A stretch of 64,000 bases of DNA from an uncultured Desulfobacterales bacterium (lineage in GTDB: Bacteria; Desulfobacterota; Dissulfuribacteria; Dissulfuribacterales; QOAL01), in NCBI GenBank assembly GCA_964573615.1, contig CAZNKD010000035.1, forward strand, positions 6,394-70,393, written 5' to 3'. Below the pieces are notes generated by a model that saw only the letters and a list, made by a program, of their open reading frames with translations, did not search any database and had not been told where the DNA came from. Below are positions 30,111-40,265 of the stretch, piece after piece; position 1 is the first letter of the stretch; each line of letters starts with the position of its first letter. Both the position numbers and the translations under genes were made by a program.

Positions 30111-33100
30111 GTGCATAATCTCTTCATGTCTTGGGGTAAGGGGAGCGTTAAGTTGTTGGGTGTAGCACTGTTCGGTGCTGCCGTTGTGCTCTGGCTCACA
30201 TCGGGGCCTATGGAGGACAGGGGCTGTTGTCCTGCCTGGGCGGATGCCTCCCCTCCACATGAACGGGCTCCAGTGGTCATTGCCGACAGCGAACAGATCT
30301 TTCTTGGCCCCTATCTCGAGTACCTGGAAGATCCAGATGGCAGTTATGGTGTTTCAGACGTCACATCCTCTCCCCTAAAGGAAAAATTTAGAAGGAGCAG
30401 GCAGGTCTCCCCAGGCTTTGGTTTCACGTCTTCTGTCTACTGGTTCCGTTTTTCCATCAGAAATCCCCAGGATGGGGAGCGCTTGAGATTCCTGGAGATA
30501 GAGTACCCCCTGCTTGATCACATCGAGCTCTATATCCCTGATGGCCAAGGCGGGTTCAGGGTCTACAGCGAGGGGGACAGAAGGCCCTTCTGCGACAGGC
30601 CCATCCCCTACAGAAACTTCGTCTTCATCCTCGACATACCGCCTGGAGGCAGCATGAACTGCCTGCTAAGGGTAAAGACATCGAGTTCCCTGAATCTTCC
30701 TGCCAGGCTCTATTCGGAGGCAGGCTTCATCGACAAGGTGGAGAGCGAGGAGACGGCCCTTGGCATCTATTTCGGCATCCTATTCGCCATGCTCGCCTAC
30801 AACCTGATCCTCTTTTTCACCATAAGGGAGTCTGTATATCTCTACTATGTCCTCTTTGTCATCTTCTACTTTCTCTTTCAGCTCGATCTCACCGGGGTCG
30901 CCTTCAAGTATCTATGGCCGGAGGCCATAGCCTGGGCCAACAACAGCCTGCCCTTCTTCATATTCGTGGCCTTCCTGTTCGGGACCATGTTTACGCGCAA
31001 GATCCTGAACTCCAAGGAATACGCCCCTCTTCTGGACAAGATCCTCCAGTTCTACCTGATTGTGACCGCCCTTAGTGCGGCATCATGCCTGTTTCTGCCC
31101 TATGAGGTGAGCATCAAGGCCGCCACCCTGGTGACAACAACGGTCTTCGTGCACATCTTTACCGGTTTTCTCTGCCTCTATAGGGGTTGGAGGCCGGCCA
31201 GATACTATGCGCTTGCCTGGACCATCTCAATGGCAGGAGCGGCCATATACGCCTTGAAATCCTTTGGGGTGCTCCCAAACAACTTTGTCACTGTCTGGGG
31301 CATCCAGATAGGATCGGCCTGGGAGGTGATTTTCCTGTCCATGGCCCTCAGCGATCGGCTAAGCCTGCTGCAGAAGGAGAAGGACCGCATCCAGGCCGAG
31401 TACACGAGGAAACTCGAGGCGGCAAACATCAGGCTGGAGGAGTTCACCAGGACCCTTGAGGAAAAGGTGCGGCAGCGCACCAGAGAGCTGGAGGAGTCGA
31501 ATGCCCTCCTTCAGAAGCAGGCAAGGGAGATGCGCCTTGCCGAAGAGCGTGCAGAGCGGGCGAGCAAGGCCAAGAGCGACTTTCTGGCCAATATGAGTCA
31601 CGAGATCCGTACCCCCTTGAACGCCATTACCGGTATAACCGCCCTGGCCCTCGATATGGAGCTGCCCCACAAGCTCCGGGACTACCTGAAGGTGATCAGG
31701 GTCTCGGCCAACTCCCTTCTGAACCTGGTGAACGATATCCTGGACTTTTCAAAGATAGAGGCGGGTAAGATGGAGCTGGAGGATACGGATTTCAGCCTCC
31801 AGGAGGTGATCGAAAACGTGGCCGAGATGTTTACGGAGCTGAGTGCCGACAAGGGAATCGATTTTATCATCCATATAGACAGCGATCTCCCCCTGGGGCT
31901 CAGGGGAGATCCGGTGCGTCTTGGCCAGCTTCTGACCAATTTTGTCTCCAATGCCGTGAAATTCACGGAGAAGGGGCGGGTCCTCCTTAGGTGCTCACTG
32001 CTTGAAAGGGAAGGGAAATCGGCTCGTATCTCTTTTGCTGTAAGCGATACAGGTATTGGGATAGAAAGGGAGAGGCTGGATGACCTGTTCCACATGTTTA
32101 CCCAGGCGGATTCATCAACCACCAGGAGGTTCGGGGGGACCGGACTTGGCCTTACCATCTGCAAGAGGATAGCACAACTCATGGGCGGTGAGATAGAAGT
32201 GGCCAGCGAGCCTGGCCAGGGCACCACCTTTACCTTCACCGTCTGCCTCGATACAGCCCCCTCCAAAGGCGCAGAAGAGGGCTTGACTTCAGATCGGGAA
32301 CTGAAGGCGGTGCTCCTGAGCGACAGCCCGGAGTCGGCTGCTGCCATAGAAGAGATAGCCAGGAGGCTCGGCATCGAGGAGCCTGTTCGCCTTCCAATAG
32401 GACAGGCGCTTTCCGCCATTGAGCATCTGGATACGCCCTCCTCGCTCTGTCTGGTGGATCTGCCAGGGCAGGACCTCGACAAGGTTGAAGCCCTTGCCCC
32501 TCTGCTGGAGCAGTGCGATGGGGCCAGGTTCGTCCTTATAGCACCCTTTGGTGCCGAGCAGGAGATCAAGGGTGCGCTTCGGGGCTTTGGAGTCCGAAAA
32601 GGGGCCCTTGGCCTGGTCCCAAGGCCCTGTACCATCTCCAGGCTCAAAAGGGCCCTTGAAAGGACCACGGATTCCAGCACCTTGACAGGTGGAGCAGAGA
32701 GTGATGCAGCGCCGTCTGGATTTGGGCCGAGGTTTTCCGACCTCAGGGTCCTGGTGGTGGAGGACAACGAGATCAACCAGCTGGTCGCCAGAGAGATCTT
32801 GGAAAGGTGCGGGGTCCAGGTGGAATTCGCCTCAAATGGATTGGAGGCCCTGGAGAGGGTCCATGAGGGAATAGATCTCGTGTTCATGGACATACAGATG
32901 CCGGAGATGGACGGATACGAGGCCACAAGGCAGTTGAGAAGGCGTCACGGCCTAAAGGACCTGCCCATCATAGCCATGACCGCCGGTGTCTTCAAAGAGG
33001 ACCGCCAGCGCTGTTTCGAGGCGGGCATGAACGACTTCTTGATGAAGCCCGTAACCCCTGACTCCGTACATGCAGTGCTCATCAAGTGGGTGGATCCGGC

Positions 33101-33770
33101 AAAGGTCAGCTATGGACCGCCTGGAGGGCAGGAGGAAGTGGATGCGGTTCAGGCTGGGGCGATCGATATCCCCGGTGCCGATATGAAGGAGGTGGCCAAG
33201 CGCTTCGGCCATGACAACTCCCTATATCTGGAGCTCCTTTCCAAATTCGTTGACGAGTGCCAGGGCCTTCCTGCCAGGGTGGAGGAGATGAGTGCCGGAG
33301 ATCAGGCCGGAGAAGAGGGGAGAGAGGAGCTCAGGAGGCTCTTTCATACCATGAAGGGGGTGGCGGCAAATCTTGCACTCGGAAGACTTAGAGACCTGTT
33401 TCTGCAGGCCGAGAAAGAGGTTGCTGCCGGAGGAGAGGATCTTTCCGGCCATCTCGATGCCATTTCCCGACAGGTCCTCCAGATCAGGTCATCTCTTGAG
33501 GAGGTGCTAGGGCCTGTTTCCGGGATGGATGGGGAGAAAATTGAAGATAAATCTAATTATTCAGAGTTAAAAAATATCATATCCAAACTTGACGAACTGC
33601 TCGAATTGAATGATATTGAGTGTGAGGCCCTGTGGGCAGATCTCAGGAAACGGCTGACAGATATTGTCCCTGAAGATGACCTTTCGGAGATAGATTCCCT
33701 TATTTCCGAGCTAGAGTTTGAATACGCAAGAGACAGGCTTGCGGATATCACTACTCGTCTCCAGAACTGA
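30111..33770 (+). CDS. hybrid sensor histidine kinase: 7TMR-DISMED2 + 7TM + HisKA/HATPase + intervening receiver-like region + REC + HPt
   Basis: 1219 aa; the start is GTG 30111 or ATG 30126. Periplasmic VYWFRFSIRN...LLDHIELY, about seven TM helices, H-box MSHEIRTPLN, N-box NAVKFT, G-boxes DTGIGI and GGTGLGLTICK, REC VLVVEDNEINQ...FMDIQMPEMDG, HPt HTMKGVAANLAL. Confidence 0.9.
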   Translation: MHNLFMSWGKGSVKLLGVALFGAAVVLWLTSGPMEDRGCCPAWADASPPHERAPVVIADSEQIFLGPYLEYLEDPDGSYGVSDVTSSPLKEKFRRSRQVSPGFGFTSSVYWFRFSIRNPQDGERLRFLEIEYPLLDHIELYIPDGQGGFRVYSEGDRRPFCDRPIPYRNFVFILDIPPGGSMNCLLRVKTSSSLNLPARLYSEAGFIDKVESEETALGIYFGILFAMLAYNLILFFTIRESVYLYYVLFVIFYFLFQLDLTGVAFKYLWPEAIAWANNSLPFFIFVAFLFGTMFTRKILNSKEYAPLLDKILQFYLIVTALSAASCLFLPYEVSIKAATLVTTTVFVHIFTGFLCLYRGWRPARYYALAWTISMAGAAIYALKSFGVLPNNFVTVWGIQIGSAWEVIFLSMALSDRLSLLQKEKDRIQAEYTRKLEAANIRLEEFTRTLEEKVRQRTRELEESNALLQKQAREMRLAEERAERASKAKSDFLANMSHEIRTPLNAITGITALALDMELPHKLRDYLKVIRVSANSLLNLVNDILDFSKIEAGKMELEDTDFSLQEVIENVAEMFTELSADKGIDFIIHIDSDLPLGLRGDPVRLGQLLTNFVSNAVKFTEKGRVLLRCSLLEREGKSARISFAVSDTGIGIERERLDDLFHMFTQADSSTTRRFGGTGLGLTICKRIAQLMGGEIEVASEPGQGTTFTFTVCLDTAPSKGAEEGLTSDRELKAVLLSDSPESAAAIEEIARRLGIEEPVRLPIGQALSAIEHLDTPSSLCLVDLPGQDLDKVEALAPLLEQCDGARFVLIAPFGAEQEIKGALRGFGVRKGALGLVPRPCTISRLKRALERTTDSSTLTGGAESDAAPSGFGPRFSDLRVLVVEDNEINQLVAREILERCGVQVEFASNGLEALERVHEGIDLVFMDIQMPEMDGYEATRQLRRRHGLKDLPIIAMTAGVFKEDRQRCFEAGMNDFLMKPVTPDSVHAVLIKWVDPAKVSYGPPGGQEEVDAVQAGAIDIPGADMKEVAKRFGHDNSLYLELLSKFVDECQGLPARVEEMSAGDQAGEEGREELRRLFHTMKGVAANLALGRLRDLFLQAEKEVAAGGEDLSGHLDAISRQVLQIRSSLEEVLGPVSGMDGEKIEDKSNYSELKNIISKLDELLELNDIECEALWADLRKRLTDIVPEDDLSEIDSLISELEFEYARDRLADITTRLQN

Positions 33771-33814
33771 TTCTCGGGTGGGCTGTACGATTTTGATGCA
33801 TCAGGATTGAACAG

Positions 33815-35350
33815 GTGGAAAGAGGGGATAGAGGCAGACCAAAAAGGCCGGATGCATCCATCATGGCATTCATGGCAGATCTCCACCATGAGATCCGCTC
33901 GCCAGTCAATACCATTCTCAACATGACGGAACTGGCCGCCAGGGAGGACTTGCCCCCTCTGGTCAAGGGCTATATCAGCTCCATAGAGAAATCTGCCAAC
34001 ACCCTGCTCACCATACTGGACGACATAATAGAGCTGTCCCAGGTGGACCTGGACTCTGGCGCAGGAAATCAGCATTTTGGCCTTACCGATCTGCTGGAAG
34101 ACGTGAAGGAGGCCTCTGAGGGCCCAAGGCTTGCTAAGGGGGTCTTCCTGGGCCTTCAGATGGATGAGGAGTTGCCCGAGTGGTTCAGCGGACCAAGGGG
34201 AAGGATGCGCCAGATACTCACCCAGCTGCTCAACTTCTCCATGAGGCAGTTCGGGGCGGCAGCCATCACCCTGGCTATCGGCTACCGTGACGATGCCAAA
34301 GGGGGCGTTCTCGATTTCGTGCTCCAGGCCCAAGAGGGCAGCCGAGCCATTGAGCCAGGAGATGCACTCAAGAATCCCCGGCTCCTGGTCTGCAGACGCC
34401 TGCTGGCAGATATGGGCCAGGATCTTGAAGTGACCGGGGATGGAGAGACCCTCTCCTTTTCGTTCTCCGTTGAGGTGGTGAGGCTGGAGCTGCCCTGGGC
34501 CGAGCCTCTTCTGCCTACCCCTGTCGCCTGTATCGTCGGCCGAGACGATTTTTCCAGCGCAGTTGTGATCAGAAGGCTCCGGGGCTGTGGCTTCAAGTCC
34601 CTGTACGCTGCCAGGGTGCCCGAGGGCTCGAAGGTGCTGATGCAGGAGACCTCACAGGGGCAGAAGGGGGTCATGCTGGTGGACTGGAACCACCTGGAGC
34701 AGGAGGCGGCCACAGACTGCTTCCCTGGCCTGGAGGGGAGCGGAGTTTCTGCTCATCCTGTGGTCTATTTCGATGTCCCTGCCATCAAGATGATGGATCT
34801 GGGCACAAGGCTTGAGCAGTGTGCAGAAGGAGCCAAGGATGCCATTGGTCTCGTGATGTCGCCTGCAAGGGGCAGGCAGCTTTTGGCTGAGATCTTGAGG
34901 CTCCTCAATATCGAGGCTGAACAGCTTCCGTGCCCTGCCGGCGGCATCGAGGAAGAGGAGCAGGCCCCCGATCCAGAGATCCTCGAAGGCATGAAGGTGC
35001 TGGTGGTGGAGGATGACAGGATCAACCAGAGGATCGTGGTGGATATACTCAAGCGGTGTGGTGTAAAACCCGTGGTCGCATCGTCCGGCAAGGCCGCGCT
35101 CACCGCCATCGAAAAGTTCCGGTTCGATGCCATATTCATGGACATCAATCTGCCAGATACCGATGGATACCGGCTTACAGGCCAGATCAGGCAGAGACCC
35201 GAATATGGCCAGGTGCCCATCATCGCCCTGACCGCCAGCACCAAGAACAGGAAGATGTGCATGGAGGCCGGTATGGACGACTTCCTGTCAAAGCCCTACA
35301 GTGAGGCAAAGCTGCTGGCCAGCCTGTTGAGGACGAGAAAGGAGCCATGA
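33815..35350 (+). CDS. sensor-less histidine-kinase-like protein with degenerate ATPase region and C-terminal receiver domain
   Basis: 511 aa; GTG 33815 start is uncertain. The H-box LHHEIRSPVN lies within ~25 aa of the N-terminus. I could not find N/G1/G2 ATP-lid motifs. C-terminal REC: VLVVEDDRINQ...FMDINLPDTDG...LSKP. Confidence 0.75.
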   Translation: MERGDRGRPKRPDASIMAFMADLHHEIRSPVNTILNMTELAAREDLPPLVKGYISSIEKSANTLLTILDDIIELSQVDLDSGAGNQHFGLTDLLEDVKEASEGPRLAKGVFLGLQMDEELPEWFSGPRGRMRQILTQLLNFSMRQFGAAAITLAIGYRDDAKGGVLDFVLQAQEGSRAIEPGDALKNPRLLVCRRLLADMGQDLEVTGDGETLSFSFSVEVVRLELPWAEPLLPTPVACIVGRDDFSSAVVIRRLRGCGFKSLYAARVPEGSKVLMQETSQGQKGVMLVDWNHLEQEAATDCFPGLEGSGVSAHPVVYFDVPAIKMMDLGTRLEQCAEGAKDAIGLVMSPARGRQLLAEILRLLNIEAEQLPCPAGGIEEEEQAPDPEILEGMKVLVVEDDRINQRIVVDILKRCGVKPVVASSGKAALTAIEKFRFDAIFMDINLPDTDGYRLTGQIRQRPEYGQVPIIALTASTKNRKMCMEAGMDDFLSKPYSEAKLLASLLRTRKEP

Positions 35351-36153
35351 CAGCCCAGAGGACGAGGACCGGTGGCAGCAAGGGCTTCATGGAGGTGGTG
35401 ATCCTGGGGTCAGGCACCTGTGTGCCAAGGATCAGGAGGGCAGGGCCTGCCAACCTGCTGTCTGCCTGGGGGATCAACATCCTCATCGATAGCGCAGCAG
35501 GCACGCTGCGGCAGCTCCGGCGTGCAGGGCTCCGTCAGGACGCGATAGACATCATCCTCTATACCCATTTCCATCCCGATCACATAGGGGAGCTGGTGCC
35601 TTTCATCTTTGCATCGAAGTATGGCCCGGGCTTCAACAGGTCTGCACCTGTACAGATTATGGGACCTGAGGGGCTCATGGATCTCCATGCCGCCTTGAGG
35701 CAGGCATTCGGCCAGTGGGTGGAGCCTGAGCCCGGGGCAATCGAGTTCCTGGAGATCCCGATAGAGATGAAGGCCCTTCAGCAGATCCCTCCCCTGACCA
35801 TCTCCTCCATCCATACCAGGCATACGCCCAAGAGCCTGGCCTACCGTATTGATGCCCCGGATGGCAGGTCCGTGGTCTTTTCCGGAGATACCGATTTCTG
35901 CCATGAGATCGTGGAGCTTGCCTCAGGGGCCGATCTTCTGGTCCTCGAGTGTGCAGCCCCCGAGGGGATGAAGGTAGAGGGTCACATGACCCCATCAGAG
36001 GCGGGTGAGGTCGCAAGGCAGGCAGGGGTGAGGCGTCTGCTCCTCACCCATTTCTATCCGGAATGTGACAGGGCAGACCTAGTGTCTCCCTGTGCAAAGA
36101 GGTTCGATGGCCCCATCCTGCTGGCAGAGGATCTGATGCGGGTGATCGTTTAG
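35347..36153 (+). CDS. MBL-fold metallo-hydrolase (RNase Z/BN-like)
   Basis: 268 aa with an ATGA overlap onto the upstream stop. Contains the HxHxDH motif THFHPDHIGE. Confidence 0.8.
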   Translation: MTAQRTRTGGSKGFMEVVILGSGTCVPRIRRAGPANLLSAWGINILIDSAAGTLRQLRRAGLRQDAIDIILYTHFHPDHIGELVPFIFASKYGPGFNRSAPVQIMGPEGLMDLHAALRQAFGQWVEPEPGAIEFLEIPIEMKALQQIPPLTISSIHTRHTPKSLAYRIDAPDGRSVVFSGDTDFCHEIVELASGADLLVLECAAPEGMKVEGHMTPSEAGEVARQAGVRRLLLTHFYPECDRADLVSPCAKRFDGPILLAEDLMRVIV

Positions 36154-36179
36154 GACAGTGCCCGCTCTTTCCCCATTCT

Positions 36180-37580
36180 TCATGGAAGGGCGTGTTCAGC
36201 CACGTAGTTCTTGACGCTGCTGACAGAAGGCTCCATCACCTTGAAGCGCTGAGGCAGGTTCTCAAGGGCCTTTATGGCCTCCGGGGCCTCGGGCTCCCGG
36301 CCTATGGCCTTTCTTACCGCCTCGGGAAACTTACATGGATGGGCGGTGGCAAGACAGACCACAGGGCCGTCCTCGAAGTCGTGCTTCAATCTTCTGGCCG
36401 CAGCCACACCTACGGCACTGTGTGGGTCCAGTATATAGCCTGTCTCCCTGTGGACGGACCTTATGGTCTCCAAGGTGGCCTCCTGATCCACCGAGACCGA
36501 GGCAAAGTCCCGGCGGGCCTGTTCTATCTCCTCCTTGGAGAAGGTGATGGTGCCCTCCTTTTCGAACTTCTCCATGGCCTCGCACACCCTCTCGGGGTCC
36601 TTTCCGTAGAGGAAATAGAGATAGCGTTCGAAGTTGCTGGCTATCATGATGTCCATGGAGGGGCTTATGGTTGATACGACACTGCCTTTCTGGTAGCGCC
36701 CCTCCACTATGAACCGGGTGAGGATGTTGTTTTCATTCGTTGCGAGTATGAGCCTGCCTATAAGGGGGCGAATAAGCTCCTTGGCCACATATCCTGCGAA
36801 TATGTCCCCGAAGTTTCCGGTGGGTACCGAGAAATAGACGGTATCCGCCCCTTGCTCCCTCTTGAGCTTGAGGGCTGCATAGACGTAATAGACCACCTGG
36901 GCCAGCACCCTGGCCCAGTTTATCGAGTTTATGGAGCCCAGATGGTAGCGCTCCTTGAACTCCAGGTCGTTGAAGATGGCCTTGACGATTGCCTGGCAGT
37001 CGTCGAAGGTGCCCTTTATGGCCAGATTGAATACGTTCCTGTCCGGCACCGTGGTCATCTGAAGGGCCTGGACACGGCTGACCCTTCCGTGTGGGTGGAG
37101 GATGAAGATGTTTATGTTCTCCTTGCCCTTTACCCCGTAGATGGCCGCACTTCCGGTATCCCCAGAGGTGGCGCCCAGTATGTTCATGTTCTGGCCCAAT
37201 TCACCCAGGAGATACGAGAACAGATTGCCGAGAAACTGGAGGGCCACATCCTTGAAGGCCAGGGTCGGGCCGTGAAACAGCTCCAGTATCCAGTCCTTTC
37301 CGTTGAAGATCAACGGGGTGACCTCCGGGGTGTCGAAGGTGGAATAGGACTGGCTGATCAGCCGGTTCAGTACCGGCCCCGGGATGTCTGTGGCAAAAAG
37401 CGACATCACCTCGAGGGCAAGGGCCTGGTAGTCGAGCCCCTGCCATGCCTCAATTGTGTTGCGATCCACAGAGGGAAGCGGTCTCGGAAGTAGAAGGCCG
37501 CCATCCTCGGCAAGCCCCATCATAACGGCCCTGCTGAAGCTTATGGGCTCAATCTTTCCTCTCGTGCTTATATATTCCAT
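36180..37580 (-). CDS. thrC: threonine synthase (long form)
   Basis: 466 aa with the PLP-lysine motif HGPTLAFKDVALQ and GATSGDTGSAA. Confidence 0.93.
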   Translation of the reverse strand: MEYISTRGKIEPISFSRAVMMGLAEDGGLLLPRPLPSVDRNTIEAWQGLDYQALALEVMSLFATDIPGPVLNRLISQSYSTFDTPEVTPLIFNGKDWILELFHGPTLAFKDVALQFLGNLFSYLLGELGQNMNILGATSGDTGSAAIYGVKGKENINIFILHPHGRVSRVQALQMTTVPDRNVFNLAIKGTFDDCQAIVKAIFNDLEFKERYHLGSINSINWARVLAQVVYYVYAALKLKREQGADTVYFSVPTGNFGDIFAGYVAKELIRPLIGRLILATNENNILTRFIVEGRYQKGSVVSTISPSMDIMIASNFERYLYFLYGKDPERVCEAMEKFEKEGTITFSKEEIEQARRDFASVSVDQEATLETIRSVHRETGYILDPHSAVGVAAARRLKHDFEDGPVVCLATAHPCKFPEAVRKAIGREPEAPEAIKALENLPQRFKVMEPSVSSVKNYVAEHALP

Positions 37581-37654
37581 TTCACTGTTTCCTTGGGGTT
37601 ATATTTGGATCAATATGGCGCCCTTTGGAGCCATCCGGGTTCCAGCAATTATTG

Positions 37655-37858
37655 CTATCCGGTCTTCTCGTCCAGGGGCTCCAGGATGATCCTGTGTTTG
37701 AGGAGGTCGATGGAGGCGATGCGGGCGGGAATCACCTGGGGGGATTCGAAGAAGCCCTGGATCTTTACCCCGCCCTCCACGGGCTCTACCAGGATCACGT
37801 CCCGTTTGATCTCTTCTTCACGGTCTGCCGACCTCAATATCACCGATGACTGGCACAT
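37655..37858 (-). CDS. CooT-like small nickel-binding protein
   Basis: Internal ATG 37858 gives 67 aa starting MCQSSVIL. This matches the Cys2-containing ~65-aa beta-rich pattern of the CooT family. The ORF track's 16-aa upstream extension is not needed. Confidence 0.6.
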   Translation of the reverse strand: MCQSSVILRSADREEEIKRDVILVEPVEGGVKIQGFFESPQVIPARIASIDLLKHRIILEPLDEKTG

Positions 37859-37943
37859 GGCTTTCCCTTTGCTCTCCGTTTCTGCAGATGCTTGACTATT
37901 ATACACAGCAAATTATAACAAGGCTATATCAGCAGGTTGTTGA

Positions 37944-39341
<1,398 letters not shown>

Positions 39342-39437
39342 CAGGCCTCATCCATCGGGCGAATCGGCTGGTTGTTGACAATCAACCGAGTGATTAATAT
39401 AGAGATACTCGCCTGAGCATCAGGCATATTCACCGGT

Positions 39438-39514
39438 CGGGACGTGGCTCAGTCTGGTAGAGCACAGCGTTCGGGACGCTGGGGTCGGAGGTTCAAATCC
39501 TCTCGTCCCGACCA
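39438..39514 (+). tRNA. tRNA-Pro (anticodon CGG)
   Basis: Acceptor CGGGACG/CGTCCCG, anticodon stem CAGCG/CGCTG with loop TTCGGGA, and the same T-arm as the tRNA at 8851. Encoded CCA followed by T6. Confidence 0.9.
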
Positions 39515-39587
39515 TTTTTTCTATCGATCGATTTGGGCAAAGGCCATCTTCACTGGGCAGCAAATCACATCCACAAGGGGATAGGAA

Positions 39588-40205
39588 ATGGGAAAGATCA
39601 AGAGAGCAATCCTGAGCGTTACGGACAAGAGCGGCATACAGGAGTTTGCAAAGAGGCTTCACGAGATGGGCGTTGAGCTGGTCTCTACCGGTGGTACCGC
39701 GCGCACCATCAGGGATGCTGGCGTGCCGGTGAAGGACGTGTCCGAGATCACCGGTTTCCCAGAGATGATGGATGGCAGGGTAAAGACGCTCCATCCCAAG
39801 GTGCATGGCGGCATACTGGCCATCAGGGACAACGAGGAGCATGTAAAACAGATGGAGGAGCACGGCATCCCCTCCATAGACATGGTGGTGGTGAACCTCT
39901 ATGCCTTTGAAAAGACCGTGGCCAAGGAGGGTGTCACCCTGGCCGAGGCCATCGAGAATATCGATATCGGCGGTCCCACCATGCTCAGATCCTCCGCCAA
40001 GAACTTCCGCTATGTAACAGTGGTGGTAGATCCGGCAGACTATGACAGGATCCTGAAGGAGATGGAGGAGAACGACGGGGCCACGACTCTGAAGACCAGG
40101 TTCGAGCTGGCAAGGAAGGTATTTGCCACCACGGCCGCCTACGATACGGCCATAACGAACTATCTGAAGAAGATCGATCCCGACAAGGACCCCTACTTCA
40201 GCTGA
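39588..40205 (+). CDS. stand-alone IMP cyclohydrolase domain (PurH N-terminal MGS-like domain only)
   Basis: 205 aa with [37 protein letters not shown] and [10 protein letters not shown]. It ends where the AICAR transformylase domain of full-length PurH would begin, and a strong terminator follows. Confidence 0.85.
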   Translation: MGKIKRAILSVTDKSGIQEFAKRLHEMGVELVSTGGTARTIRDAGVPVKDVSEITGFPEMMDGRVKTLHPKVHGGILAIRDNEEHVKQMEEHGIPSIDMVVVNLYAFEKTVAKEGVTLAEAIENIDIGGPTMLRSSAKNFRYVTVVVDPADYDRILKEMEENDGATTLKTRFELARKVFATTAAYDTAITNYLKKIDPDKDPYFS

Positions 40206-40238
40206 TATCTGCCAGCCGGCACAAGATGGGCGGAAACG

Positions 40239-40265
40239 AAAAGGGGGGATTACCCCCCTTTTTTT
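40239..40265. terminator. bidirectional rho-independent terminator
   Basis: AAAA-GGGGGG-ATTA-CCCCCC-TTTTTTT between convergent genes. It overlaps the stop codon of the minus-strand gene. Confidence 0.85.

Noticed and set aside
31682-32926. 414-aa minus-strand ORF
   Set aside because: It is antisense to the HisKA/HATPase/REC region of the hybrid kinase, and its translation is Ser/Pro/Arg-rich and nonsense-like.
39420-39863. 147-aa minus-strand ORF
   Set aside because: It overlaps tRNA-Pro(CGG) on the opposite strand as well as the conserved IMP cyclohydrolase gene.
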